Below are positions 10,558 to 21,420 of a DNA stretch of 64,000 nucleotides, in pieces (within the stretch, counting starts at the first letter, position 1; the number at the start of each line of letters is the position of its first letter). Position numbers and translations under genes: made by a program. This DNA comes from Vampirovibrio sp. (GTDB lineage: Bacteria; Cyanobacteriota; Vampirovibrionia; Vampirovibrionales; JAJTHC01): assembly GCA_024998755.1 (NCBI GenBank), contig JACEUU010000003.1:1291331-1355330 (forward strand), read 5' to 3'. The notes below the pieces were generated by a model. That model was not told the DNA's origin. It made no database searches and saw only the letters and a program-made list of their open reading frames with translations.

Positions 10558-11655
10558 ATGCAGACGCCCGCCTCCTCCCTTTATTACAAATCGTCTAATG
10601 CCAACAATAGTAAAAATACCAGTGGTAGTAGAACCGCTTCGTTTGACGAATTATTTGATGATGAAGCTGGTAGTAACCCTTTTGCTGTAGCCAATAGCAC
10701 TTTAAGTACCAGTGCTTCGCCTGATGCTGAAGTTATTCGCTTTGAAGAGGAAGAACCTGCGGAAGACATGGTGGCTTTGGCGGAATTTATTCCGGCAGAA
10801 GAAAGCAATGCGGATGATTCGGTTAAAATTTACTTGCAACAAATTGGACGCATTAAATTATTGGTACTAAACGAAGAATTAGAATTAGCTAAACGCATTG
10901 CGGATGGCGACAACCAAGCCAAGCATCAGTTGGTTCGTGCCAACTTGCGGTTGGTGGTTTCTATTGCCAAAAAATACATTGGCAGAGGGCTTTCTTTTTT
11001 AGATTTAATTCAAGAAGGCAATTTGGGGTTGATTCGGGCGGCTGAAAAATTTGATTACCGCCGTGGCTTTAAATTTTCAACTTATGCCACTTGGTGGATT
11101 CAACAATCGATTATTCGGGGTGTTTCTGAAAAATCTCGAACCATTCGGTTGCCTATTCACATGATTGAAATGCTGAGCAAGGTGAAGCGGGCTACTCGGG
11201 AATTGACTACGCAGCTTCATCGTCCGCCAACCAAGGAAGAAATTGCTGAACGGATGGAAATTCCTGTTGAAAAGCTGCGATCTGTTTTACGGGCAACGCA
11301 AACGACGCTTAGCTTGGAAACCCCGTTGAATACTCGGGATGAACGGTCGTCGTTGTCTGATTTTATTGTGGATGAAACGTTGGAAGCCCCTGAAGTTCGG
11401 GTTCAGAATGAATCTCTCACGCAGGATGTGTTTCATATTCTGCTCATGTTACGCCCTCGGGAACGGGACGTGTTGAAGCTTCGGTTTGGCTTGGCAGATG
11501 GTAACAGGCGTACGTTGGAAGAAATTGGTCAGTTGTTTGGGGTTTCTCGGGAACGGGTACGCCAAATTGAAACCAGAGCCATTAATAAGCTACGTCGCTT
11601 ATGTAGAAGTAGTAAAGGGGCGTATAATTTACGCAACTATCTTCAAGCCAACTAA
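10558..11655 (+). CDS. RNA polymerase sigma-70 factor, RpoD/SigA family (probably group 2)
   Basis: Region 1.2 [65 protein letters not shown]; region 2.4 WWIQQSIIR deviates from primary-sigma WWIRQAITR. Confidence 0.92.
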   Translation: MQTPASSLYYKSSNANNSKNTSGSRTASFDELFDDEAGSNPFAVANSTLSTSASPDAEVIRFEEEEPAEDMVALAEFIPAEESNADDSVKIYLQQIGRIKLLVLNEELELAKRIADGDNQAKHQLVRANLRLVVSIAKKYIGRGLSFLDLIQEGNLGLIRAAEKFDYRRGFKFSTYATWWIQQSIIRGVSEKSRTIRLPIHMIEMLSKVKRATRELTTQLHRPPTKEEIAERMEIPVEKLRSVLRATQTTLSLETPLNTRDERSSLSDFIVDETLEAPEVRVQNESLTQDVFHILLMLRPRERDVLKLRFGLADGNRRTLEEIGQLFGVSRERVRQIETRAINKLRRLCRSSKGAYNLRNYLQAN

Positions 11656-11732
11656 TATAGAGTGTTTTGAATGATTATTGACCCCTACATAGAAAAAAAA
11701 GACGGTAAATTTTTTTCAAATAGTATAACGAA

Positions 11733-11975
11733 CTATTTTTGATTAGTTGTTACAGAAGCCTGAGCCACAACCACAGTGGTTTGGGCTTTTGCTTTAGCCA
11801 TTAAGGCAACAGGTTCTTTGTTATAATCATGGACGGAAACGGTTTCAAGTGAAAGAAAGCCTAATGCCAGCAGAAGTGTTGCTATAATGCAAAATTCTGG
11901 GGCAAACCACTTTGTAGCAACAAGGGTTTTAGAAAGCGTATTTAATTGAGTAGTACAAAAAGATTGAAACGACAT
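11733..11975 (-). CDS. Small hypothetical membrane protein
   Basis: Lower part of the 11733..12083 ORF from the internal Met (MSFQSF...), with one TM segment. Confidence 0.35.
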   Translation of the reverse strand: MSFQSFCTTQLNTLSKTLVATKWFAPEFCIIATLLLALGFLSLETVSVHDYNKEPVALMAKAKAQTTVVVAQASVTTNQK

Positions 11976-12190
11976 AATAAGCGTGAAGGGCCTTATAACC
12001 AGCGAATAGAGATAAAAAAAGAAGTACAGGGACTTTCTTACTAAGTAGATAAAAACAGAAAAATTAGGTTTGATGCACCCCAAACATCCTCTATTTGAAT
12101 CTATGATTATTGTTGCTTACACACTCTCTAAAGGCAATCCTCCAGTTTGAAATTGTAACAATTTATACATAATTGAATATTTCAATTCTA

Positions 12191-12380
12191 ATATCACTTT
12201 TCAGATTAAATAGCGTATCGAATGTAGTGGCGTGATTAACTAGCCCTAGCGGTCTATGCGATGCATCAGTCCGCCCCACAATCCCCAAACGGATGCGTTG
12301 CCCTGCATAGACCGCTAGGGCTAGTTAATCGCACCCCTACACAGAAAAAATTTACACTATTCAATCTTTAAAATGCTATA
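12191..12380. repeat. ATACCAATT-type shell enclosing a REP doublet (12224-12340)
   Basis: agattaaatagcgt...gtagtggcgtgattaactagccctagcggtctatgc...gcatagaccgctagggctagttaatcgcacccctac...acactattcaatct. Confidence 0.75.
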
Positions 12381-12464
12381 TTACTTTGATTCTTGGTTTT
12401 GGTTGTTGGATGATAGACATAGTTGTTTATTGCCTGTTCATCTTGCTAGAAAATCTTCATCCCC

Positions 12465-13460
12465 ATGACGCATACCTTTAAAACCACTTTTGTCAAACCT
12501 AAGCAAAGCCAAGTGCATCAGCAATTATTGGGCTTTGCTAGCCAGTATGCTTGGCAAACTTTGACTGAACAATATTGTTTATATCGGGTTGATGGACAAG
12601 CTCCGCACCAACAGGGCTGGATTCGTGTTAAGCAGTACACCAAGGGGACGTTTTGGGTACAGGCTCAAACGGCGGAAGGCTTGGCTCATTTATTGAAAAA
12701 CCTTGGGTTGGCAGTGCCTGCAGACCAAGAATTATCAACTGCTTCACTTCCTTCTAATGCGTTGCCTTCTGTGAATGCTTCGCCTAATTTTCCTTATATG
12801 GGGTGTGATGAAAGTGGTAAGGGCGATTATTTTGGCCCTTTGGTTACGGCGGGTGTGCTGATTGAAACTGCTCAGCAAGGGGCAGCCTTGAAAGCCTTGG
12901 GCGTGGCGGATTCTAAAACCTTGAACGATGCGAAAATTGAGGCGTTGGCTCATGAAATTTTAGGCATTGTGGGGCAGCAGGCGGTGGGGTTTGTGGTGTT
13001 AATGCCGGAAGCTTATAACAGCACCTACACGCAGTATCAGCAACAAAAAAAGAATTTAAATCATTTGCTAGCCAAAATGCACGCTCGGTGTGTGGCGGGT
13101 GTGTTGGCTAAACGAGCTGAACCCACTGCTGGTGTACCCTTAACCGTGATTGTTGACCAATTCGGTAATGAGCGGTACTTGAAAGATAGTTTTGCCCAGC
13201 AAAACATTACCACTGCAGCTGTTACGTTAATTCAGCAAACCAAGGCGGAACGGCACTTGGCGGTAGCGGCGGCTTCTATTGTGGCACGGTATAAATTTGT
13301 GGCGTTAATGCGAGAACTGTCTACCCAGTGGGGGGTACACATTCCGTTTGGGGCGAACCCCATTGTGTTGAAGGTGGCGAAGGGGTTGGTTGCTACGCAT
13401 GGCAGAGACGTTTTGGGTAAGGTGGCGAAGCTTCATTTTAAAACCACCCTTCAGGTATAG
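12465..13460 (+). CDS. rnhC: Ribonuclease HIII
   Basis: GCDESGKGDYFGPLV, DSK, VDQF, VAAASIVAR, KLHFKT, plus a TBP-like N-terminal extension. Confidence 0.9.
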   Translation: MTHTFKTTFVKPKQSQVHQQLLGFASQYAWQTLTEQYCLYRVDGQAPHQQGWIRVKQYTKGTFWVQAQTAEGLAHLLKNLGLAVPADQELSTASLPSNALPSVNASPNFPYMGCDESGKGDYFGPLVTAGVLIETAQQGAALKALGVADSKTLNDAKIEALAHEILGIVGQQAVGFVVLMPEAYNSTYTQYQQQKKNLNHLLAKMHARCVAGVLAKRAEPTAGVPLTVIVDQFGNERYLKDSFAQQNITTAAVTLIQQTKAERHLAVAAASIVARYKFVALMRELSTQWGVHIPFGANPIVLKVAKGLVATHGRDVLGKVAKLHFKTTLQV

Positions 13461-13464
13461 TATT

Positions 13465-14622
13465 GAAGTTACGGAAAAAGGGCAAGGTAAAATAGAAGGG
13501 ACATTATTCCACCTCTCATAGGATACCCCACCCCCATGACTACCTTTGCCGACATCCAAATTCAACAAGCCACACCGACTCACAAATTCCTAGAGGAAAT
13601 GAACCAAACCCTACCATGGCAACTATTTGAAACCATCCTCAAAACACACATCCACCACAAACCCAACGGCAGACCACCCTACAAACGCCTACTACTGCTC
13701 AAAATGAACCTCCTCAAAATATGGTTCAATCTCTCCTATGAACAAACCGAATTTCAATGCCACGACAGACTCTCCTTCCGAAAGTTTCTCGGCTTCTCCT
13801 TAGAATCCCCCATCCCTGAAGCCACGACACTCGAAAACTTCCAACACGAACTGCAAAACACCCCAGCCCAAGAAGCCCTTTTCTTAGCCTTAGACACCTT
13901 CTTCCAAGAGAACAACCTCATTCTTAAAGAAGGCAACTTGGTAGATGCCGCCTTTATTAAAGCCAATAGCAAACAGAGAAAAAAGCCTGAAGACCAGAGC
14001 GACCCTGATGCCACTTATGGCTACAAAGGCTTTGGTTACAGTGCCACGGTTAATGTAGATGCTAAAAGCAAGTTGATTCGCAAGGTGGTTGTTACTGGTG
14101 CCAATGTGCATGACAGTCAGAGTTTACTGCCTGTACTGGTGGGCTATGAGCAGACTGTTGGTGCGGATAGTGGGTATGTGGTTAAGGAGAAGGATTTGAA
14201 GGCGTTGGGGATACAGCCGAGGATTATTAAGCGTCGTGTTCGGGGTAAGCAGCATGAACCAACGCCTGAGTTGACGGCTTCGCAGAAGCGGTTTAATGGG
14301 TTGGTTTCTAAGGTTCGGGCTAGGGTGGAGCATGTGTTTGCGGGTTGGAAGACGGTGTTTAAGAAGGTTCGTGTGTCTTGTCGTGGGTTAGTGCGTGTTT
14401 CTGCGGAGATTTTGGGCTTGGCATTTGGGTATAATTGTCGTCGGTATGGTTTTTTGGTGAGGAGGGGGGTAGGTTTTAGTGGATTCTTGTATGGTTTTTA
14501 GGTAATTATGATCCGAAAAGAGTGGAAACAAGGGGTATTGTTCTGTTTTTTGAGCATTTTTGGTTGAATTTTATTAAAAAACACTCACTACTCCCACCTG
14601 CACACCCTTATTCCGTAACTTC
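13465..14622 (+). mobile_element. IS5-family element, copy 1 (intact)
   Basis: TIRs GAAGTTACGGAAAAAGGG / CCCTTATTCCGTAACTTC; 4-bp target duplication TATT (13461-13464 and 14623-14626). Confidence 0.93.
13536..14501 (+). CDS. IS5-family DDE transposase
   Basis: [37 protein letters not shown] motifs. Confidence 0.93.
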   Translation: MTTFADIQIQQATPTHKFLEEMNQTLPWQLFETILKTHIHHKPNGRPPYKRLLLLKMNLLKIWFNLSYEQTEFQCHDRLSFRKFLGFSLESPIPEATTLENFQHELQNTPAQEALFLALDTFFQENNLILKEGNLVDAAFIKANSKQRKKPEDQSDPDATYGYKGFGYSATVNVDAKSKLIRKVVVTGANVHDSQSLLPVLVGYEQTVGADSGYVVKEKDLKALGIQPRIIKRRVRGKQHEPTPELTASQKRFNGLVSKVRARVEHVFAGWKTVFKKVRVSCRGLVRVSAEILGLAFGYNCRRYGFLVRRGVGFSGFLYGF

Positions 14623-14710
14623 TATTATAAATAATTTTTGACTTCTTTTTTTGAGACATTTAACTAATTAGTTATTATAATATCCTTAAGTCTATTAAGG
14701 AGTGTTTAAA

Positions 14711-15378
14711 ATGCAGTGTCCAAAATGTGGTAGTTTAGATAAAGTTAAAGCAGGGTTCATTGGAGAAAAGTAACGGTATCAATGCAAAAACTGTGCCTGT
14801 AAATATACACGTTCAACCCCGAAAGGGCTTGCACCCATCACATGGACGCTAGCCAACCCAGCTATACGCTTCAGGGCTTTCCCTTCGAAAAACTGGTAAT
14901 TTAATTGGGGTTTCAACGCCTGCTGTACTCAAACAAATTCGTAAAATAGACACCACTGCTTGTCGGTTAGAGCCACAGAAAACCACTGTTGTTGAGCTCG
15001 ATGAACTCTGCACGTTTCTTACCGAAAAAAACGCAAAATCTGGGTATGGGTGGCTGTTTGTCGAGAAACAAGGCGAATCTTGGACTGGGAAGTGGGTTGT
15101 CGTGGCATTAAAACCTTGAAAAAATTATGGAAACGGCTTCAGTTATTCAAGGTTGAAGTTTATTGTGCTGACCATTGGAAAGCCTACAATGCCGTGTTGC
15201 TAGTGGAAAATTGGTTCAAAGCAAGGCTGAAACGTATACAGCAGAACAGACTTGGAGCGATTTGCGACATTGGTTTGCTCGGTTTAAACGACGAGGTAAA
15301 GTCGTCTCTCGGTGTTTGGGTGATTTGATTCATGCCATAGCCATTTACTTTCACCGAGTTAATTTAAGATATAGCTAA
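14711..15378 (+). pseudogene. IS1-family transposase remnant (InsA zinc ribbon plus InsB)
   Basis: MQCPKCGS...EK*RYQCKNC, VVELDELCTF, WVWVAVCRET, ADHWKAY, LRHWFARFKRR; has a stop and frameshifts. Confidence 0.85.
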
Positions 15379-17297
15379 TTGGTTAAAACCCTCGAACCAT
15401 TTTTAGAAAATGATATAGGTGTTGTAGATAATTCATTATTTTCTTCGCCAGCAACCGTTAAAGAAGTATCTTCCTGAGCAGTAGGCTTAATAACTTTTCC
15501 TTTTTTAGGGAAATTCACTGGGTCTGCTTCCATTCTAGCAAAATACTGAGCCGCCCGAATCGCTTTCAAACGGTCAATATTATCAGAAAAATTTCTGGCA
15601 ACATAAAGTACTTTATTGTCATCTGTTTTTTTGTCTTTGTCGTAAGGCCGAATGTAATAATCAATAACGGTTCTTTTTTCGCTATCGGTTTTAATCATAC
15701 TGGTATCAATATTGGTTTTGGGCTTCTTGCGGTTTTTATCATAAAATACCAGTTCAGGGTCTACTTGGGCAATACCAGTAGTAATAACCGAACCCGTTCC
15801 TGCCTTTTGTCTGTCATAAAAACGAACAAAATAATTACCATCTCGCTCTAATAAAACACCTGGCATCCCTCTAAAATTGATAATAGCGGTTTCCTTTTTA
15901 GAGTTTTTTACAACATCGTAGTTCCCATTTACCATAACATCAAAAGGCTTGCCATCCGCCAGTTTTATTTTGGCTACAGACCTACCACTAAAGTCCCTAA
16001 CGGTATTAATGGGAATGGGTTTAATTTCTTTCAAAGCCGTTTCTCTATTAGCATCAGAAGCACCCTCGATTTCCTTAGATACGTCTGCTGGAGCATTAAG
16101 TACTTTGCCATCCTTATCTATCAGAATAGGACCAATACCCGATTCCGTGTTTAAAATGGAGCTCTTGGTTACTTTTGGCTTGCCACTAACATTGTAAATT
16201 GCTTCAATATTATCTGTAAACGTTGCATTACCTAATAATGTGTCAAACGCATCTAAGGTTAACCCTTTTGAACTACCATCTTTAGCTTTAAGGGTCGCTA
16301 ATTCTTTTTGTATTAACAATGCTGCTGGTAGTAAGCTTTTCTTTGTGGCATCTTCGCTACCAAACGCTTTTTTAAATTTTTCTTTATCAAAGGTATATCT
16401 TACCTTGCCTCTGCTAGTACTAGTAGGCAGAGGAGCATCACCTGTTGTTTCATCTAATACACCATCAAGGTCATCAATACCCGCCGCTTTGGCTTTAGTA
16501 CGTGTTTCATCTAATTGGTTTCTTAATGCTAATAGCCGTCCAGCTTTAGTGTTTTTATCCGCATCAACCCCTAAGCCTGTTTCACCTGAAGCCACTTTGA
16601 ACTCAGGGTCAAACTTTTCGTTTAATTTAATGTTTTCTAAAGCGGCTTCCGCTGTTTTGCCTTCTGTAAATTCAATAATGCCTTTTTTCTTAGCTTCTTT
16701 TAACGCTTCAATATAAACCTTTTTTTGTTCTGCATAATTCTTCAAAACTTGGGTTTCTGTTATATCACCAGTACTCAAATTTTGAGGAATTGCGGAATCA
16801 TTTTCAATTTTTTTGTATTCTTGCATTTTAGCTAAAAATTCCCCAGCCAATTTCTTTTTAGTATCAGCAGAAATATCTTTAGCATCAATCAGCTTATCAA
16901 CACCGCCTACGCTTTTGGCAACTTTTGCGTAGTTTTGAGTAACAGCAGGAGCACCGTCATCATTATTAGGCGTATTGGCTTGCTCCTTAATTCCTGCTTC
17001 TGTCTCCAACGTTTTCGCTGAAACATCGCCGGTTCTCTGCATTTCCTTCATCATTTCTTCCAAAATATCATATTGTTGCTTCTTCTGCTCGATAACCTTC
17101 AATTTAGTAGCAGCGTATCTGTATGCATTTTCAGTATTGGAATTTTTGTCAACAGTATTTTGCAAGGCTGGTTTATCTGCCAAAATAGCATCAGCAATTT
17201 TAACATTTTTATATTGCGTTAAACTGTTTAGTAAGCCCGTTTTAACGGATTCTAAAGTCATCATCATCATGATGGAAGGGTTCCTTTTGCATGGCAA
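15375..17297 (-). CDS. Large Lys-rich hypothetical protein; probable start at one of the Met codons near 17270
   Basis: 640-aa ORF, no family recognised. Confidence 0.7.
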   Translation of the reverse strand: MPCKRNPSIMMMMTLESVKTGLLNSLTQYKNVKIADAILADKPALQNTVDKNSNTENAYRYAATKLKVIEQKKQQYDILEEMMKEMQRTGDVSAKTLETEAGIKEQANTPNNDDGAPAVTQNYAKVAKSVGGVDKLIDAKDISADTKKKLAGEFLAKMQEYKKIENDSAIPQNLSTGDITETQVLKNYAEQKKVYIEALKEAKKKGIIEFTEGKTAEAALENIKLNEKFDPEFKVASGETGLGVDADKNTKAGRLLALRNQLDETRTKAKAAGIDDLDGVLDETTGDAPLPTSTSRGKVRYTFDKEKFKKAFGSEDATKKSLLPAALLIQKELATLKAKDGSSKGLTLDAFDTLLGNATFTDNIEAIYNVSGKPKVTKSSILNTESGIGPILIDKDGKVLNAPADVSKEIEGASDANRETALKEIKPIPINTVRDFSGRSVAKIKLADGKPFDVMVNGNYDVVKNSKKETAIINFRGMPGVLLERDGNYFVRFYDRQKAGTGSVITTGIAQVDPELVFYDKNRKKPKTNIDTSMIKTDSEKRTVIDYYIRPYDKDKKTDDNKVLYVARNFSDNIDRLKAIRAAQYFARMEADPVNFPKKGKVIKPTAQEDTSLTVAGEENNELSTTPISFSKNGSRVLTN

Positions 17298-17472
17298 GTA
17301 AAGGGTGGGTATAAAATTATGAAAAGCTGTTTGTGTGTGTTCATCCTAATTGAAAGAAAAAAGAAAAGTCTGTTGGTTTAGCGGGGTAAAGCCTAGCTAT
17401 TTTAAAACGGCTCTACAAATGGATAAAAACAATCTTCAACGGTTTTTGTGCTAGTTGTAACAAAAAACACCT

Positions 17473-17541
17473 GTCATGCTGAGCTTGTCGAAGCATCCCC
17501 CTAGCCAGATAAGGAGATTCCTCGACTACGCTCGGAATGAC
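17473..17541. repeat. GTCAT...ATGAC palindromic element, copy 2
   Basis: gtcatgctgagcttgtcgaagcatcc...gagattcctcgactacgctcggaatgac. Confidence 0.8.
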
Positions 17542-17605
17542 ACGCATTGTTTATGATAAAATTTTACTAACTTACTTTACCGTTACTACAGGACACACCA
17601 CCATC

Positions 17606-19945
17606 ATGATGACCGCATCCGCCACCCTTGAAACCATCGATACCGCAACACAACACCAGCTAAAAGCACTCAACCTACGCCCCAGCGAATACCAGCTGAC
17701 TGTAGAAACACTCCACCGCCAACCCAACTTCACCGAACTGGTCATGTTTTCCGCCCTCTGGAGCGAACACTGTAGCTACAAACACAGCAAACACCTGCTA
17801 CGTACCCTGCCCACAACCGGCGAATTCGTCGTACAAGGACCTGGCGAAAATGCAGGCATTATAGATGCTGGCAACGGCATCCACGTTGCTTTCAAAGTAG
17901 AAAGTCATAATCATCCCACCTACGTTGAACCATTCCAAGGTGCTACAACCGGTGTTGGCGGTATTCTTCGAGATATTATTACGTTGAACGCTCGCCCTGT
18001 TGCATTGTTGAATGCTTTACGCTTTGGCACGCAACAAACGGAAAACCCTCTCAATCCATCAGAAAACGCCTGCACCCCTGCTGAACTCAAGGGTAATAGG
18101 TATCGCTTTAAACGGGCGGTTCAAGGCATTGCCCATTATGGCAACTGCATGGGCGTACCCACTGTGGCGGGCGATGTTCATTTTCACCCATGCTATACGG
18201 GCAATCCGCTCGTCAATGCCATGGCAATTGGCATTATGCAACCTAGCGGGCTAATGCTTTCAGGCGTGAAAGGCGTTGGCAACCCCGTGGTTTACGTCGG
18301 TTCACCCACAGGCAAAGATGGCATTGGCGGAGCATCTTTCGCTTCAAGAGCGTTAGATAAAGAGCCTTCGGAAGCTGACCGCCCAGCCGTGCAAGTAGGC
18401 GACCCGTTCGCTGAAAAATGCGTGATGGAAGCCTGTTTGGAAGCCTTCGCTTCGGGCTTGGTGGTTTCCGCACAAGATATGGGAGCAGCAGGGCTAACCT
18501 GTGCCACGGCGGAAATGGCTGCCAAAGGCGGGCTAGGCATGGAAATTGAGCTCGATTTAGTACCCGCCCGTGAACCCAATATGTTGGCGTGGGAATATTT
18601 GGCTTCGGAATCTCAAGAGCGGATGTTGTTTATTCTGGAAAAGGGCAAAGAAGCTCCCGTTTTAGAAATTTTCAAAAAGTGGCAAGTGCCTGCCGTTACT
18701 ATTGGTACAGTGATTGAGGGCGAACGGCTAATTGTTAAACACCATGGTGAAGTGGTGGTTGATTTACCTACCCGCTTTTTGACTGAAGACGCTCCTATGT
18801 ATCCGCCAGAGGCTCCTTCGGAAGAATCCGCCGAAGCGAAAACTCGCAGGTTAACGCCTGCTACCCAAGGCATTGAAGATTTATCTGCTGAGCAAGTGCT
18901 TCCCACCTTACAAGCCCTGTTAGCATCGGATAATTTACGCAGTAAAGCCACCGTTTTTTCTCAGTACGACCGTCACGTTCAAAATGCCACTCTGCTTTGT
19001 TCTAATAATCAATCAGCAGGATTAATTCGATTAAAAACGCCTGTTACCAACCAACCAACAGGCACTGCCTTAGCTACGGCATTGGAAGGCAACCCCTTCT
19101 ACACCTACCTAAACCCCTATGAAGGTGGAAAAGCAATCGTTGCCCAAGCGGCTAGAAATGTGGCTTGCGTAGGAGCAAAACCGCTGGCATCTACCAATAA
19201 CTTGAACTTTGGCAATCCAGAAACCAGCACTGTTGCTTACCAAATGGAACAATCCGTTCGTGGGTTGGGCGATGCGTGCTTGGCGTTCAATACCCCTGTA
19301 ACAGGCGGAAACGTGAGCCTTTACAACACCAACGGCACGGAAGCCATTTTACCTTCGCCTACCTTGGGGATGGTCGGTATTTTGGCAGATGAAACGAAAA
19401 CGTGTACCCCTCACTTCAAACAAGCAGGGCATAAAATTGCGTTAGTGGGTAAGTTTTCGCCGAGTTTAGGCGGTAGCCAATATCAGTGGATGAAAACCAA
19501 CACCTTGCTTGGCGAACCTCCCACGGTGGATTTAGAAGCCGAAAATGCCATGCTGCAGTTGCTAACCCAACAGTGGATTCCGCAAGGATTGTTGGCTAGC
19601 GTGCAAGATTTAGCAGGCGGTGGCTTATTACCCACTTTGGCCAAATGCACGTTTAACAACAACAATGCGAATCAAACCACGGTGGGTGTACAGGTAGATT
19701 TTTCTGCATTGCAGGCGGTAGTTGGTAGATTAGACGAAACACTCTTTGGGGAAAGCCATGCTAGCTACCTTATTAGTTACGCTACTGAAAACGAGGATGC
19801 CATTAAAGCCAATTTATCGGCTACGAATGAATGCTTGCAGTTTTATAGCCTAGGCGAAATAACATCGAACACAACCATTAATTTCGTGGTGAGGAACACT
19901 CGTCTTGAAACCAAGGTTGAAGTATTACAATCGGCTTGGGCTTAA
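17606..19945 (+). CDS. purL: Phosphoribosylformylglycinamidine synthase subunit PurL (small type)
   Basis: WSEHCSYK, VESHNHP, GAATGVGG-like GATTGVGGILRDI, QDMGAAG, SESQERM, VTGGNVSLYN; the ORF-track start at 17537 lies inside a repeat. Confidence 0.96.
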   Translation: MMTASATLETIDTATQHQLKALNLRPSEYQLTVETLHRQPNFTELVMFSALWSEHCSYKHSKHLLRTLPTTGEFVVQGPGENAGIIDAGNGIHVAFKVESHNHPTYVEPFQGATTGVGGILRDIITLNARPVALLNALRFGTQQTENPLNPSENACTPAELKGNRYRFKRAVQGIAHYGNCMGVPTVAGDVHFHPCYTGNPLVNAMAIGIMQPSGLMLSGVKGVGNPVVYVGSPTGKDGIGGASFASRALDKEPSEADRPAVQVGDPFAEKCVMEACLEAFASGLVVSAQDMGAAGLTCATAEMAAKGGLGMEIELDLVPAREPNMLAWEYLASESQERMLFILEKGKEAPVLEIFKKWQVPAVTIGTVIEGERLIVKHHGEVVVDLPTRFLTEDAPMYPPEAPSEESAEAKTRRLTPATQGIEDLSAEQVLPTLQALLASDNLRSKATVFSQYDRHVQNATLLCSNNQSAGLIRLKTPVTNQPTGTALATALEGNPFYTYLNPYEGGKAIVAQAARNVACVGAKPLASTNNLNFGNPETSTVAYQMEQSVRGLGDACLAFNTPVTGGNVSLYNTNGTEAILPSPTLGMVGILADETKTCTPHFKQAGHKIALVGKFSPSLGGSQYQWMKTNTLLGEPPTVDLEAENAMLQLLTQQWIPQGLLASVQDLAGGGLLPTLAKCTFNNNNANQTTVGVQVDFSALQAVVGRLDETLFGESHASYLISYATENEDAIKANLSATNECLQFYSLGEITSNTTINFVVRNTRLETKVEVLQSAWA

Positions 19946-20042
19946 TCTTAATATTTCTTTCACTCTAAAAACTGACATAAAGTGCTACTATTATCGCAGG
20001 ACAAACGTTCAATAGTCGTTCTAATCTTGATAAAGAGAAGGA

Positions 20043-21416
20043 TTGTGGACAATGCGATTAATTATTGCCACCAACAGGGCACCATATAATATTAAAAAGC
20101 CAAAAGACGATATTCTCTTAGAAAAATCACCCGGTGGGCTGGTTGCCGCCCTAGACCCCGTGATGAAGAAGAATCAAGGCATCTGGGTGTGCGGCGGAGA
20201 AAAACTGCTAGAAGACTACGGCTTAACCCTACCCTACCCCGTCAAACAAGTTAAACTAACCCCCAAAGAAACCAAATACTACTACGAAGGCTTCTGCAAT
20301 ACGCAAATTTGGCCGTTATTCCACTATTTTACCTCTCGTTATAAAATGGACATCAAAGATTGGGGCTTCTACAAGCAAGTCAATCAAAAATTCGCCAATC
20401 AAATCATGGAAATCATCGAACCCGAAGACCGCATTTGGGTGCACGACTACCAACTAATGATGGTACCCAAACTATTAAGGGAAAAGGGAGCCACCCAAAA
20501 AATAGGCTTTTTCCTCCATATTCCCTTCCCCAACCTGGAAATATACCGTATTTTCCCCAAACGCTATGAAATTTTAGAAAGCCTGCTAAACTGTGATTTA
20601 ATTGCCTTCCATACCGAAAGCTATAAACGCCACTTCCTCGAATGCGTCGACCATTTTATGGGGCACGACGTGGAACGAGTCGATAATAAAATCATCTACA
20701 AAGGCAGAACCATCAGCGTAGAAGCCCTCCCCATTAGCATAGACTATAAAGAAATTGAAAAAATAGCCGCTAGCGAACCCACCGAACTGAAATTAGCGGA
20801 ACTCAAAAAAATGTACGCTGGTCAACTAGTTGGGCTGGGCGTAGATAGACTAGACTACACCAAAGGCGTGAATGAAAAACTTGAAGGGCTGGAATATTTT
20901 CTGGATAACAATCCCGAATACATCAAACGACTTTCCTACATACAAATAGCCGTGCCCACCCGCTCCAACGTGCATGATTATATGAAAATAAAACGCCAAA
21001 CTGATGAAATGGTCGGGCGAATTAACGGTAAATTTTCCAAAGATGGCTGGTCGCCCATTCAGTACCTTTACAGCAACCTAAAATTTGAAGACTTGGTGGG
21101 GTACTATCGGCTGGCAGATTTCATCATCGTTTCCGCTTTGCGGGATGGGCTCAATTTAGTGGCTAAAGAATACGTTGCCGCCAGAATACACAATGGGGGG
21201 CAGCTCATTCTTAGCGAATTCACTGGGGCTGCGGAAGAAATGCCTTATCGTGCTTTAATTAACCCGTTCGATGTTACCTCTATTTCCGAAGCCATTGCGA
21301 AGGTTCTCAAAACCGACGAAACTATCCGTTATAAAAGTATGAGCGAAACCCGTGCCTATGTGAAGGAAAACGATATTTATAAATGGTTAGATAAATTTTT
21401 AGAGCATTTGGGGTAA
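20043..21416 (+). CDS. otsA: Trehalose-6-phosphate synthase (GT20)
   Basis: GGL, WPLFHY, WVHDYQL, GFFLHIPFP, VDRLDYTKG, DGLNLVAKEY, LSEFTGAA. Confidence 0.95.
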   Translation: MWTMRLIIATNRAPYNIKKPKDDILLEKSPGGLVAALDPVMKKNQGIWVCGGEKLLEDYGLTLPYPVKQVKLTPKETKYYYEGFCNTQIWPLFHYFTSRYKMDIKDWGFYKQVNQKFANQIMEIIEPEDRIWVHDYQLMMVPKLLREKGATQKIGFFLHIPFPNLEIYRIFPKRYEILESLLNCDLIAFHTESYKRHFLECVDHFMGHDVERVDNKIIYKGRTISVEALPISIDYKEIEKIAASEPTELKLAELKKMYAGQLVGLGVDRLDYTKGVNEKLEGLEYFLDNNPEYIKRLSYIQIAVPTRSNVHDYMKIKRQTDEMVGRINGKFSKDGWSPIQYLYSNLKFEDLVGYYRLADFIIVSALRDGLNLVAKEYVAARIHNGGQLILSEFTGAAEEMPYRALINPFDVTSISEAIAKVLKTDETIRYKSMSETRAYVKENDIYKWLDKFLEHLG

Positions 21417-21420
21417 CTTC

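Noticed and set aside
10558..11655. Naming the sigma factor rpoD/sigA
   Set aside because: Region 2.4 deviates from the primary-sigma consensus; group assignment needs a phylogeny
17537..17605. ORF-track N-terminus of PurL
   Set aside because: The ATG lies inside a GTCAT..ATGAC repeat; the Met at 17606 is more plausible
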